Assembly (NCBI GenBank): GCA_024409055.1
Contig: JAKSUL010000001.1
Coordinates: 36,490 to 100,489 of the forward strand
Length of the DNA stretch: 64,000 nt
Reading direction: 5' to 3'
Origin: Bacilli bacterium
GTDB lineage: Bacteria > Bacillota_I > Bacilli_A > RFN20 > CAG-826
This document shows, one piece after another, positions 39,620 to 49,817 of the stretch (positions within the stretch are counted from its first letter, which is position 1; every line of letters begins with the position of its first letter). The translations under genes were made by a program, and so were the position numbers. The notes below the pieces were generated by a model. The model was not told where the DNA came from and did no database searches. It worked only from the letters and a program-made list of their open reading frames with translations.

Positions 39620-40582
39620 TTAGGCTAATTTTTTACGCCAATAGGCGATCATGTCAGCGACGGTTTGCTCGTAGGTATATTTTTCAACCCAGCCAAGAGC
39701 TTTGATCTTATCGCAGTTTCCGGCATATAGCCTTTCATCGGCAGGACGGAGAAGCTTCGGATCGGTGACGAGTTCATATTTGACGCCCATAACCTTTTCA
39801 ATGCATTCAACAACATAACTCATCCTGAAGATGTGGCTGGAGCAAATGTTGTATGGCTCGCCTGGAACGGCTTTTTCGCTAAGAATAACAAGGCCTTCAC
39901 AAAGATCACGAACGTCTAAGATGGCGCGCAAAGCGGTCAAATTGCCGACGACCAATTTGTTACTTCCTTCCTTTTCAAGAAGAACCGCTCTCTTGGTGAA
40001 ATCGGCAGTGATATCACCGATTTTTCTTGGGCCCGTGCAGTTAAATAAGCGCACACGTGCCGTCCTAATTCCGAAATTGCGGTTATATTGGAAGCAAAGG
40101 AGGTCTTCGGCGACTTTTGAGACTCCATAGGGGTGAAGAGGAAGCATGGCGCAGTCTTCGGTCGGAAGATGCTCTGGATCATAAGAGAGCAAAGCTTCGC
40201 CATAGATTGCCGAAGAGGAAATAACCACTACCATCGGATCGTATTCCGGATGTTTGGCTTTAGCGGCCTTAATGGCTTCGAATAGACCAACCGTTCCATT
40301 GACGTTGACGTCCATTGTGTAATATGGGTCTTTCCAAGAAACGACGGGGAAACTTTGGGCGGCGAGATGGAAAATTCTCTCAGGAAGATTGTTCTCGATG
40401 AGTTCCATGACTTTGTCATGCTGTCTAAGGTCTAGTTCGACAAGGTTGATTGACGGATCGATTTCGGAAATGTCCGTCGTTGGGGTGTAATAGGATCCGA
40501 TTACTTCGTATCCTTTTTTCTTTAGTAACTCTACTAAATGACTGCCGACCATTCCGCCGGCACCGGTAACATAAGCTTTCAT
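39620..40582 (-). CDS. NAD-dependent epimerase/dehydratase (extended SDR, GDP-sugar dehydratase/epimerase-like)
   Basis: Start at ATG 40582 (MKAYVTGAGGMVGSHL Rossmann motif); catalytic YxxxK in PYGVSK. Confidence 0.85.
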   Translation of the reverse strand: MKAYVTGAGGMVGSHLVELLKKKGYEVIGSYYTPTTDISEIDPSINLVELDLRQHDKVMELIENNLPERIFHLAAQSFPVVSWKDPYYTMDVNVNGTVGLFEAIKAAKAKHPEYDPMVVVISSSAIYGEALLSYDPEHLPTEDCAMLPLHPYGVSKVAEDLLCFQYNRNFGIRTARVRLFNCTGPRKIGDITADFTKRAVLLEKEGSNKLVVGNLTALRAILDVRDLCEGLVILSEKAVPGEPYNICSSHIFRMSYVVECIEKVMGVKYELVTDPKLLRPADERLYAGNCDKIKALGWVEKYTYEQTVADMIAYWRKKLA

Positions 40583-40645
40583 GTTTGCTATTGTATCATA
40601 TCTAAACAACTCTGATATAAATCAGAAATGTATAATAGAGGACAT

Positions 40646-41842
40646 ATGAAAACCTTATTTACCAACGCCCGCATCTTAACGATGAACGACGGGCCTAAAT
40701 TCTTAGAAGGAAACCTCACTATTGAAGGTTCTAGAATCGCATATGTCGGAAAAGAAAAGCCAACAGGCGACTTCAACAAAGTGATTGATTGCAAAAACAT
40801 GGTCTTGATGCCAGGCCTAAAAAACGCCCACACCCACAGCGCGATGACCTTTTTAAGAGGGGTCGGCGAAGGACTTCCTTTGATGGACTGGTTGAATATT
40901 GTCTTTCCTATCGAAGATAGACTAACGGGCGATGATATCTACTGGCTGACCCAAACGGCGTTCATCGAATACGTTAGGGGCGGCACCACCGCTTGCTTTG
41001 ACATGTATTTCTTCTGCCCTGAAATCGCTAGAGCCTCGGTCGACTTCGGTTTTAGGACCGCTCTTCTTCAAATGACGAACGGAAAAGGCGATAGGTTGGA
41101 ACAAATCCGCAATATCTATAAAACCTACGGCGGAGACACTTTGGTCAAACCGATGCTCGGATATCACTCCGAATACACGGTCCAAGAAGATGAGTTCAAA
41201 GAATTGAAGATGCTTGCCGACGAATTCAAAGCGCCGCTATTCACCCACATTTCTGAAACAGAAGGCGAAGTGAAAGGAAGCTATGAAAGAAGAGGGAAAT
41301 CTCCTGTCAAATTCATGGCGGATAGAGGTTTCCTTGAATACGGGGGCGGAGGATACCACTGTATCTGGTTCAACGACGAAGACATCGAGATCTTTAAAAA
41401 ATGGGGAGCCCACGTCGTTTCTTGCCCCGGTTCGAACATGAAGTTAAAAGACGGCACAGCCCCGCTTACCAAATATTGGAGGGCAGGCCTAACGATTTCT
41501 CTTGGAACTGACGGAGCTTCCAGCAACGAATCCTTATCCATGTGGAGAGAAATGCATCTCGCATCCTTGCAGAATCCGGAAATCCCTGACTATGAAATAT
41601 TAAAAATGGCGACCGTAAATGGCGCCTTGGCCATGAGCTTGCCAGAGTGCACCACTCTCGAGGTCGGGAAAAAGGCCGATATTATTTTGGTAGACGCAGA
41701 CTCAATCGAAGAGCTTGTCCATACTACAAAAGACGAAGACGTTAAGCTTGTTTATATCGACGGAAAAGAAGTCTCTTACGATTACGAAAAGATAATGAAA
41801 GAGGCGTCCCGTTGTAGGAAACGCCTCTTGCAGGAAGATTAA
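40646..41842 (+). CDS. amidohydrolase-family deaminase (MtaD/TRZ-ATZ-like)
   Basis: Start at ATG 40646 (AGAGGA SD); metal-binding …LMPGLKNAHTHSAM…. Confidence 0.75.
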   Translation: MKTLFTNARILTMNDGPKFLEGNLTIEGSRIAYVGKEKPTGDFNKVIDCKNMVLMPGLKNAHTHSAMTFLRGVGEGLPLMDWLNIVFPIEDRLTGDDIYWLTQTAFIEYVRGGTTACFDMYFFCPEIARASVDFGFRTALLQMTNGKGDRLEQIRNIYKTYGGDTLVKPMLGYHSEYTVQEDEFKELKMLADEFKAPLFTHISETEGEVKGSYERRGKSPVKFMADRGFLEYGGGGYHCIWFNDEDIEIFKKWGAHVVSCPGSNMKLKDGTAPLTKYWRAGLTISLGTDGASSNESLSMWREMHLASLQNPEIPDYEILKMATVNGALAMSLPECTTLEVGKKADIILVDADSIEELVHTTKDEDVKLVYIDGKEVSYDYEKIMKEASRCRKRLLQED

Positions 41843-43047
41843 TCCGAGAGCTTTTTGAGCTCGCTTTCCAAAACGGAGAAGTATTTATCAGGATCGAAGA
41901 ACGCTTGGGAGAACTCCTGAGCGTTTTTTCCATATTTTTCTTTTGTCGAAGCATCGGCATCCGCGATTTCGGTTATGACTTTTGCTAACGCTTCGTGATC
42001 TCCCGCATTCACGCACAGTCCACACTTAGCTTCTTCGATAATATGTGGAACAGCCCCATCGGCACATCCGACTATCGGTTTTCCGGCCGCCATATACGAT
42101 TGGAGTTTTGCCGGCAAAACATAGGAGGTAAGCCTTCCTTTTGCAAAGTTGACTAAAAGCGCATCGGAAGCCGCATAGACGGAAGGTATCTCCTCTAAAG
42201 GAATCCTTCCATGGAAAATCACGTTAGACGTACCTTCTTTTTCCGCCAAATCCTTCACGGCTTGAAGAGCGGATCCGCTTCCAACGATATGAATAGCAAT
42301 ATCCTGCCGTTCCTTAAGCATAGAAGCGGCTTTCACTAAGGTTTGGAGGTCTTGAGCCTTGCCAACGTTACCCGCAAAAACAAAGTTATGCTCTCTGGTT
42401 TCATCTAATTTTGGCTCGACTTTCTTTTGGAAAAGTTCTTCCCCATATTGAGGTAAGAAACCCATCTTGTCTTTGTCGACACCGCAAACTTCATTCAAGT
42501 AATCGATGTATTTAGGCGAAGTAACGAGGATTTTGTCCATCGAATGGTAAATCTTTTTGGAAACCTTCAAATAATGCCTATAGATAGGTTTGGTTATTCC
42601 GCGTTCCACCACGCCGCCAACGGACAAGCTTTCTGGCCACAAATCGAGGCAATACATCAATATTTTCTTATTATGCTTGCGCGCATATGCAATGGCGGGA
42701 TCGCTTTGCATGACTGGTGACAATTGGTTGACCAAAACCACGTCGAAATCTCCGGGCAGTTTCTTAGCTAATGATGTCGCGTTTCTTTGATATGTTTTAT
42801 ATTTCAAATACAGGTTTAAAGCCCCGTGGTTCCTTGGATGCTCATTGACGCGAATGATTTTCACGCCATTGCGATCCTGCTTCCACAAAGACTTATCTTT
42901 GTATTCTTTTTTTAGCGTCCCATCGTCATTATTTGGAAGGCCACACAAAACAGTGACTTCGTTGCCATCTTTGACTAAACGTTCGCACGTATCGACGATT
43001 CGCCATGTTTCTGGCCAGTATTGTTGGGAAACCACTAGGATTTTCAT
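41839..43047 (-). CDS. glycosyltransferase family 4 (GT-B)
   Basis: Start at ATG 43047 (MKILVVSQQYWPE); C-terminal EX7E-like region. Confidence 0.85.
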   Translation of the reverse strand: MKILVVSQQYWPETWRIVDTCERLVKDGNEVTVLCGLPNNDDGTLKKEYKDKSLWKQDRNGVKIIRVNEHPRNHGALNLYLKYKTYQRNATSLAKKLPGDFDVVLVNQLSPVMQSDPAIAYARKHNKKILMYCLDLWPESLSVGGVVERGITKPIYRHYLKVSKKIYHSMDKILVTSPKYIDYLNEVCGVDKDKMGFLPQYGEELFQKKVEPKLDETREHNFVFAGNVGKAQDLQTLVKAASMLKERQDIAIHIVGSGSALQAVKDLAEKEGTSNVIFHGRIPLEEIPSVYAASDALLVNFAKGRLTSYVLPAKLQSYMAAGKPIVGCADGAVPHIIEEAKCGLCVNAGDHEALAKVITEIADADASTKEKYGKNAQEFSQAFFDPDKYFSVLESELKKLSD

Positions 43048-43117
43048 CGAATTAATTATACAAACATGCAATTAAAGAGCCATCGCATATTTAAAGCCTC
43101 GTATTATAATCAGTGGT

Positions 43118-44296
43118 ATGAAAATCGCTGTCGCAGGAATTGGATACGTAGGACTCTCGAATGCCGTTTTGCTAAACCAAAGGCATGATGTCGTCGCTTT
43201 CGATATCGACGAGAAGAAAATCGCCAAAGTCAAAAACGGCGAATGCCCGTTCTCCGATAATCTGATCCCGCAATACTTGGCCGAGAATCCATTAAAAGTC
43301 ACTTCAGATACCTCTTGCTATGAGGGGTGCGATTTCATTCTTATCGCCGCCCCGACGGATTACGATCCGGAAAAAGAGTTCTTTGACACGTCAAAGGTCG
43401 AAGACGTGATTGAAAAGGCATCAAAAGTAAATAAGGATGCCGTCTATGTAATAAAGTCGACCGTTCCGATCGGTTATACGGAAACAATCAAGAAAAGGAC
43501 CGGCTTAAAAATCGTATTCTCCCCAGAGTTCTTAAGAGAAACAAAGGCGCTAGAAGATAACCTTCATCCTTCAAGAATCGTTGTCGGATGCGACAAAGAA
43601 CTAGAAAAGGAAGCAGGCGTGTTCGCCTCGTTATTAAAAGAAGCTTCTCTAAACGAAGACACCAAGATCTTAATTTGTGGATCTTCAGAGGCCGAATCCA
43701 TCAAATTGTTCGCCAACACGTATTTGGCTTTGAGGATTTCTTTCTTCAATGAATTAGACACGTTCGCCAAAACAAAAGGCTTAAATACAAAAGAAATCCT
43801 CGAAGGGATTTGCTTAGATAACCGAATCGGAAATTTCTATAACAATCCCTCGTTTGGCTATGGCGGATATTGTTTGCCGAAAGATACAAAGCAATTGAAA
43901 GCCAACTATGCCTCCATTCCCGAAAATTTGATCTCCGCTATCGTATCCAGCAACGACACCAGGAAAGATTTCATCGCCCAAGAAATAATCAAAAAGGCAA
44001 AACAGGTTTCGAAGAACCCCACAATCGGCATCTACAGGATGACGATGAAAACGGGTGCCGATAATCTACGCGCCTCTTCCATGATCGATATATACCAAAG
44101 GTTAGTGGCTAGCAATATGCGGGTCGTCGTTTACGAACCATACTTAGCCAAAGAAAACCAATACGAGATAAAGACCGAAGAAGATTTCGATAAATTCATC
44201 TCAATGTGTGACCTTATCGCAGCCAATAGGATAGATGAAAAGATATCGAAATCAGGTAAAAACGTATATACGTCTGACTTATTCGGAATCGATTAA
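43118..44296 (+). CDS. ugd: UDP-glucose 6-dehydrogenase
   Basis: 392 aa; MKIAVAGIGYVGLS NAD fold; catalytic Cys in GGYCLPKD. Confidence 0.9.
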   Translation: MKIAVAGIGYVGLSNAVLLNQRHDVVAFDIDEKKIAKVKNGECPFSDNLIPQYLAENPLKVTSDTSCYEGCDFILIAAPTDYDPEKEFFDTSKVEDVIEKASKVNKDAVYVIKSTVPIGYTETIKKRTGLKIVFSPEFLRETKALEDNLHPSRIVVGCDKELEKEAGVFASLLKEASLNEDTKILICGSSEAESIKLFANTYLALRISFFNELDTFAKTKGLNTKEILEGICLDNRIGNFYNNPSFGYGGYCLPKDTKQLKANYASIPENLISAIVSSNDTRKDFIAQEIIKKAKQVSKNPTIGIYRMTMKTGADNLRASSMIDIYQRLVASNMRVVVYEPYLAKENQYEIKTEEDFDKFISMCDLIAANRIDEKISKSGKNVYTSDLFGID

Positions 44297-44330
44297 AAAA
44301 GTTCCTCGCTCGAGGAACTTTTATTTTTTC
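44297..44330. terminator. bidirectional rho-independent terminator shared by convergent ugd and 44321..45601 genes
   Basis: aagttcctcg-ctcgaggaactt flanked by A6 and T-rich runs. Confidence 0.65.
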
Positions 44331-45601
44331 TTTCTTAGCAGTTTGAACAAGAAGGAGAAGGTCGGAACAAATGCCGCATAAACGAAGAACGCCACTGCGA
44401 AGGGGACGAAGCGGGCAGGAATCCAAATATCGCTATTCTGCGTATTTCCCAATATGAGAAGAACGATAGCGGCCGCGACGGCGGCTACTGGGAAACCACA
44501 AATTGCGATAATCAAGAATTTGGAATCCCTGAACCTTTGTCCTTTGTTGTCTTGGATAAGCGAAGCAATTGGAACGATGGACATGGCAAAAAAAGCTAAA
44601 CACATGGCCAAACAAATCCAGAAGAATGTAGTTATGCGGTCGGCATTTGCGTTCTTAAATGAGAAGAAGACGAAAGAAATAACAATCGAAAGGACAAAGA
44701 ATACAAGTCCGAACACAAAGTTATAGACATCTGTTTTCTTTGGGTCGAAACGGAAAATAGAACCACTTTCTTCATCGGACGTCGGGATCTGATTTTCGTC
44801 AAAACTTTCCTCTTTCTCTTCTTCGGTTACTTCCGGGGCAGGGCGAGCGGTCTCTTCAACGGGGATGGACGGTTTTTCTTGTCGTGTCTCTATTTTTTGA
44901 GGGCGCCTTTCCTCTTCGCGGTCAACGCTCTTTCCCGATAAATCATCGAAAAAACGAGCCATGACCATTTCTCTTACGCCATTTTGAGGCTGAGGATGTT
45001 CCACGATTCTCGGGGCGGATGGATTGACGATGGAATTTATATCGTCATAGAAAACAATATCTTCACTCGGATAAGGGAAAACTTGAGGAGCGTATACATA
45101 AATTCGATATGTGTGTAGGACCTTGCCAAGGATATCGATTATGAATAGGGCGAATTTTTTATCGGCACGAGCCAAATCCAAAACCACGTATAGCGGATGA
45201 GCGCACAATTCGATGTATACGGATTGAACGGTCATGAAGAAAGACGATTGCCATTGGGTCGGAACACCCTTGAGGTTTATGTATTTACGGATCGGCTCAT
45301 CAATCTTCTCGGTCTTCGGGGTAGAGCCGAAAGGAATCTGCGAACGAGTGACGACGCAAGAAGAGGATGATGCGGTAATAACAGAAACCGCCGTGCGATC
45401 TCTTTTTAGATTCGTGGCATCCAATAAATCGTTTCCCTCAATGCTAAATGTGCCGGTATAAGAGAAAAAGCCTTTAAGCTCCATGATTTCCAAACAAGAA
45501 AGAGCCTCTTTGCCGTTGATCAGACAAAGATGATCAAAAGGACAATTGACGTTAATCATCTTTTCGGGTTTTGAATTGGACGAATAGGTTGCCTTGATCA
45601 T
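44321..45601 (-). CDS. hypothetical two-domain protein: about 240-aa N-terminal soluble domain, acidic/Pro-rich linker, 4-TM C-terminal domain
   Basis: 426 aa; no motif recognised. Confidence 0.5.
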   Translation of the reverse strand: MIKATYSSNSKPEKMINVNCPFDHLCLINGKEALSCLEIMELKGFFSYTGTFSIEGNDLLDATNLKRDRTAVSVITASSSSCVVTRSQIPFGSTPKTEKIDEPIRKYINLKGVPTQWQSSFFMTVQSVYIELCAHPLYVVLDLARADKKFALFIIDILGKVLHTYRIYVYAPQVFPYPSEDIVFYDDINSIVNPSAPRIVEHPQPQNGVREMVMARFFDDLSGKSVDREEERRPQKIETRQEKPSIPVEETARPAPEVTEEEKEESFDENQIPTSDEESGSIFRFDPKKTDVYNFVFGLVFFVLSIVISFVFFSFKNANADRITTFFWICLAMCLAFFAMSIVPIASLIQDNKGQRFRDSKFLIIAICGFPVAAVAAAIVLLILGNTQNSDIWIPARFVPFAVAFFVYAAFVPTFSFLFKLLRKKK

Positions 45602-45649
45602 AACTTATCCTTCTTATTTTATATTGTTCGCAAGAATAAATGCCAACTG

Positions 45650-47806
45650 TTAAGCTTTGGCCCTTTTTCTTCTTGGCTTCTTTGCCATATATTTTTGCAT
45701 TTTTTCAGCTAATTTAATGTTCTTTTTATCGTCCCATAACGTTGCCGCTCTTTCGTATCTAGACCAGCCTTGGAACATATTTGATAGTAAGGAAACGTTC
45801 TTGCCTTTCGCTAAAGGAAGACCTAAGAAAACAAATAGAATTAGCAGCACATACAAAACGACGTAAGTCAAAATGGTGTACCTAGTCTTTTCTAAAGGAA
45901 GCACAGAGCAGAGGAGACCAAATAAATATCCGGAGGCAATAACGGAAAGCGTCACCACTAACGGTTTTATCATCTTAAGTTTCACGGTGTGGGCTTTTTT
46001 GCTCGGGGATAAGACCAAGAAAACAAGAACGAGAATGGCAAAGAGTCCTCCAAATATTTGAAGGGCGGCTTCTTTGAAAACAACAGGTAAAACGTACATC
46101 AAAACGATGACCAGCATACTGATGATTCTCCATATTCCGATAGACCATGCTTTTTTAAGCCTCGTTCTATAAGCAAAGCAAATCGAGATAGCCACGGAAG
46201 AGATGAACGCCAAAACGGCATAAATCAATGCGATCCAAGTCACAATTTCGTTAGCCAACGAGAACAAGGCAAATACACCGGCAAAAAGCAAAGAGGAGAG
46301 GAAAACGGGCGTTAGCAAATGGCCTGAAGAAGTCTCTTTCCTTGCCTCGATATCATCCTCGACTTTGGAGGCGGAATATTCGCGAATAGATTCGTCGACT
46401 TCGACGTGCTTATCGTGGTACCTATCAATCAAAACAGGTAAATACACCAATAACATTAAGGCAGTGCTCTTGGCGTCCGAACCCATAAACGATGTGGTTT
46501 CGACGATCGAATGGCCAATGAAGATGAAGAAAGCCATCATACAAACAATGTTATGAGGATGCTTTTTCTTCGTGAAATTGATGATCATCAAAACAAAGAT
46601 ATAAACCAGCATCGCAAAGTAGATAGCTAGGCGAAGAATGCCGCCGTAGGCGAGCATCGCTAAAAATCCGTTATGCGTATACCCTAATTTCAGGACATTG
46701 TTCTCAAGCTCATATCCAAGCAACCTCAAATAGTTGCCATCTCCCATGCCAAAAATTGCTCTCCATGGATTCACGAACACATCACGAACAACGACTTTCC
46801 ATATGAAGACCCTGCTTTGCATGGTCCCAAAGTCGTTCCCGAACAATTCTTTGTATACATGTTCGTAAGCCTTTCCGACAAAAGGGATATCTTTGATCTT
46901 GTCAGAAACGATAAGCCACGTGAATACGCCAATGACACCAAGAACAGCCACCAGGGCTATGTTATTTTTGATCCAGTGGCGTTTGATTGTCGCGATGTAA
47001 CGATAAAGAAGGAACGCCAACACGAAGATCGTTCCTAAAGCCAAACAGGTTTTAGAAAGGATGAAGAGCTGCTCGATCATGAAGAAGGCCATGATGATGT
47101 AATAAAAGAAATGCCTCGACCTAGTTTGCAAATAGCCGCATGCAAAAATACCGATGAGCACCATAGTCCCGTAGGTATTTCTATTGCCCCAGAAAGATTG
47201 AATTATTTGAACTGATTGCGATTCGGTTTCCGGATTGAAGAAAGAACGATAAAAGTCGAATTCATAGAAAAGGCTCCAGATAACGGAGACGAAAATCACG
47301 ACGATCGATGCGATGAAGAAAATATCAAGAGCCCTCGAGTTTTTATAAACCTGGGGGAAATAAACGAACATCAAGTAGAGATAGACACAGGTCACCCCAA
47401 ACGTGGCCGTATAGCGGACCCTATCGATATCGTTTAAAAAATAAACAAGACGGAATGCATCAAAGTTTTCGGCGTCTCTAACGTATTTGACGCCTGTAGT
47501 TTGATAAACGGACGGGAAAATCAAAATAGCGACCAAATTGCCGAAAAACAAAAGAAGGCCAAACGCCATGAAAATGTAGTTTTGCTTAATCGGAAAATAT
47601 CGATGGGCCAAGAAAAGAAACAAAAGAACACTTATGGCCACTGCTCCAAGAGACAGGAAGTATTCGCTGTCGGTCATGAACGATGTGTAGACAGGGTTGA
47701 AGAAAGCGATGCCTTCGCTGAAAAAAGCGCCAATAACAAGCATCAAAACGATCGATAAGCCTATGAGAATATAGGCCGGTTGGCGAGCTCTTTTTTCGCT
47801 TTGCAT
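45650..47806 (-). CDS. O-antigen ligase/polymerase (Wzy_C)-family membrane protein with extra C-terminal TM region
   Basis: 718 aa; over 14 TM; …GYTHNGFLAMLAYGGILRLAIY… resembles the conserved H-N-x-x-L…E/Y-x-G motif of the O-antigen ligase family. Confidence 0.5.
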   Translation of the reverse strand: MQSEKRARQPAYILIGLSIVLMLVIGAFFSEGIAFFNPVYTSFMTDSEYFLSLGAVAISVLLFLFLAHRYFPIKQNYIFMAFGLLLFFGNLVAILIFPSVYQTTGVKYVRDAENFDAFRLVYFLNDIDRVRYTATFGVTCVYLYLMFVYFPQVYKNSRALDIFFIASIVVIFVSVIWSLFYEFDFYRSFFNPETESQSVQIIQSFWGNRNTYGTMVLIGIFACGYLQTRSRHFFYYIIMAFFMIEQLFILSKTCLALGTIFVLAFLLYRYIATIKRHWIKNNIALVAVLGVIGVFTWLIVSDKIKDIPFVGKAYEHVYKELFGNDFGTMQSRVFIWKVVVRDVFVNPWRAIFGMGDGNYLRLLGYELENNVLKLGYTHNGFLAMLAYGGILRLAIYFAMLVYIFVLMIINFTKKKHPHNIVCMMAFFIFIGHSIVETTSFMGSDAKSTALMLLVYLPVLIDRYHDKHVEVDESIREYSASKVEDDIEARKETSSGHLLTPVFLSSLLFAGVFALFSLANEIVTWIALIYAVLAFISSVAISICFAYRTRLKKAWSIGIWRIISMLVIVLMYVLPVVFKEAALQIFGGLFAILVLVFLVLSPSKKAHTVKLKMIKPLVVTLSVIASGYLFGLLCSVLPLEKTRYTILTYVVLYVLLILFVFLGLPLAKGKNVSLLSNMFQGWSRYERAATLWDDKKNIKLAEKMQKYMAKKPRRKRAKA

Positions 47807-47880
47807 AGCAAAAGAATACCTATACGCGCGTAATATTCAAACAAAAAAGAGCCAAAATGGCTCTTTATTTGCACGTTTGC

Positions 47881-48786
47881 TTATTTAAGAAGGAAGTTGG
47901 AGATATCCTCGTAAACCTTCATATATTCCGTTTCGTTATGAATTTCATGGCGCATATTCGGATAGATAATCAACGTCACGTCCTCCATGTTTTTGGATTT
48001 ATAAAGCTTATACAAGGCAGTCGGTCCTTTTCCGTTTCCACCAACTGGATCGGAGTCTCCAGCGATGATAAGAACGTGTTCTTTAGGAGAAATGCATTTT
48101 GTTGATTTTTTCTCGTAAAGGTGGCTCATGCCGCGGAGGAATTCCTTCCAGAAACCTTGAGTGTTGGGATGTCCGCAATAGGGGTCATCGATATAGGTCT
48201 TCACGTTTTCTTCGTTGACGCTTAGCCAATCGAGGTCGGTCTTGCGATCCTTGACGGATTTTTTATAGGCACCCATTCCCATGTTGGTAAGGAATTTAGC
48301 TTCTTTGTTCCAATTCTTCTTGTTAACGATAATCGAAGCCAAGAAGAAACCCATTTTATAAAGGCCAAGGGCTGGACCATTCGATCCACAGATAATGGCT
48401 TTATCGGCCGTTTCAGGATAACGTTCCAAATAGCTTTGGATGGCGAAGGAGCCCATCGAATGTCCAAAAACATAAGTTGGAAGAGAGGTCGATTTTTTGA
48501 CCTCCTCAACCTTGGCGTGGATAGCGTCGACGATCATTTTGAAGGCGTCGACCGGCCACTGCTGCTGTTCTTCGACAGATTTGGCATTTAAACCTTGGCC
48601 GAAATGATCTAGGCAATAGACGTTGATGCCTTTCTCGTTTAGATACTTGGCAAGACGGTCGTAACGGAAACTATACTCTTGCATCCCGGTGATCATGACA
48701 AGGTTGGCGACTGGTTTTGTAGCCTCCCAGGCATGTCCTTGAACGGAATGCTCTTCGTTTAATTTGACAATGAACTTTTCGGCCAT
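47881..48786 (-). CDS. alpha/beta hydrolase (lysophospholipase/monoacylglycerol-lipase-like)
   Basis: 301 aa; nucleophile elbow GHSMGS; HG oxyanion motif. Confidence 0.75.
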   Translation of the reverse strand: MAEKFIVKLNEEHSVQGHAWEATKPVANLVMITGMQEYSFRYDRLAKYLNEKGINVYCLDHFGQGLNAKSVEEQQQWPVDAFKMIVDAIHAKVEEVKKSTSLPTYVFGHSMGSFAIQSYLERYPETADKAIICGSNGPALGLYKMGFFLASIIVNKKNWNKEAKFLTNMGMGAYKKSVKDRKTDLDWLSVNEENVKTYIDDPYCGHPNTQGFWKEFLRGMSHLYEKKSTKCISPKEHVLIIAGDSDPVGGNGKGPTALYKLYKSKNMEDVTLIIYPNMRHEIHNETEYMKVYEDISNFLLK

Positions 48787-48798
48787 GTTTTTCTCCTT

Positions 48799-49812
48799 TT
48801 ATTTAATGCCGTCAGGATTCTTCTTTTGGAAGTTATAAGCGTCGCGGCAAGCGTCTTCAACGTTGAAGCGAGCGTGCCATTTGAGTTCGGTGTTAGCCTT
48901 ATCGCAATTGGCGTAATTCTCAGCTACGTCCCCGCTGCGTCTTTCCAAAATCTTATAAGGAACTTTGGCTCCGGTGGCTTTTTCGTAGGCGGAAACAGCC
49001 TCTAAGACGGAAGTTCCTTTTCCTGTTCCGAGGTTATAAACGACAAGACCCGGCTTATCTTCAAGTTTCTTCAGGGTAGCCATATGGCCTTCGGCGAGGT
49101 CGACGACGTGGATGTAGTCACGGACGCCAGTTCCATCCGGAGTCGGGTAATCGCCGCCCCAAACGCGGAGATAATCTCTCTTGCCAATAGCGACTTGAGA
49201 AATGTAAGGCATGAGGTTGTTCGGGATTCCGTTCGGATCTTCGCCAAGAAGTCCAGACGGGTGAGCTCCGATCGGGTTGAAGTAACGGAGCAAGGCAATG
49301 TTGAAATCAGGGTTGGCTAATTGGAAATCGCCAAGGATCCTTTCGATCATGATCTTGGTTTCGCCATAAGGATTGGTGGCGTGACCGACTGGATCGGTTT
49401 CGACAAGCGGAACTCTCTTCGGCGTTCCATAAACGGTGGCGCTGGAGGAGAAGATTAAATTCTTAACGCCGTATTCTTTCATCAATTTGACGAGGTTGAT
49501 GCTGGAAACCAAATTGTTTTCGTAATATTCAATCGGTTTCTCAACGGATTCGCCGACCGCCTTCAATCCGGCAAAGTGAATGGCGGCATCGAATTTAGCG
49601 GTCTCGAAGACTTTTTTGAAAGCTTCGTAATCGCAGCAATCGACCTGGAAGAAATCCGGCTTTTTGCCAGTGATGGTTTCGATTCGTTCCAAGACGGCAA
49701 TCTTCGAATTGAAGAGGGCATCGACAACGGTGACCTCATAGCCTTCGTTGAGAAGGCAGATTACGGTTTCGGATCCGATGAATCCCAAACCACCAGTAAC
49801 TAGAACTCTCAT
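48799..49812 (-). CDS. galE: UDP-glucose 4-epimerase
   Basis: 337 aa; VLVTGGLGFIGS; catalytic S…YxxxK (PYGETK). Confidence 0.9.
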   Translation of the reverse strand: MRVLVTGGLGFIGSETVICLLNEGYEVTVVDALFNSKIAVLERIETITGKKPDFFQVDCCDYEAFKKVFETAKFDAAIHFAGLKAVGESVEKPIEYYENNLVSSINLVKLMKEYGVKNLIFSSSATVYGTPKRVPLVETDPVGHATNPYGETKIMIERILGDFQLANPDFNIALLRYFNPIGAHPSGLLGEDPNGIPNNLMPYISQVAIGKRDYLRVWGGDYPTPDGTGVRDYIHVVDLAEGHMATLKKLEDKPGLVVYNLGTGKGTSVLEAVSAYEKATGAKVPYKILERRSGDVAENYANCDKANTELKWHARFNVEDACRDAYNFQKKNPDGIK

Positions 49813-49817
49813 TTGAA

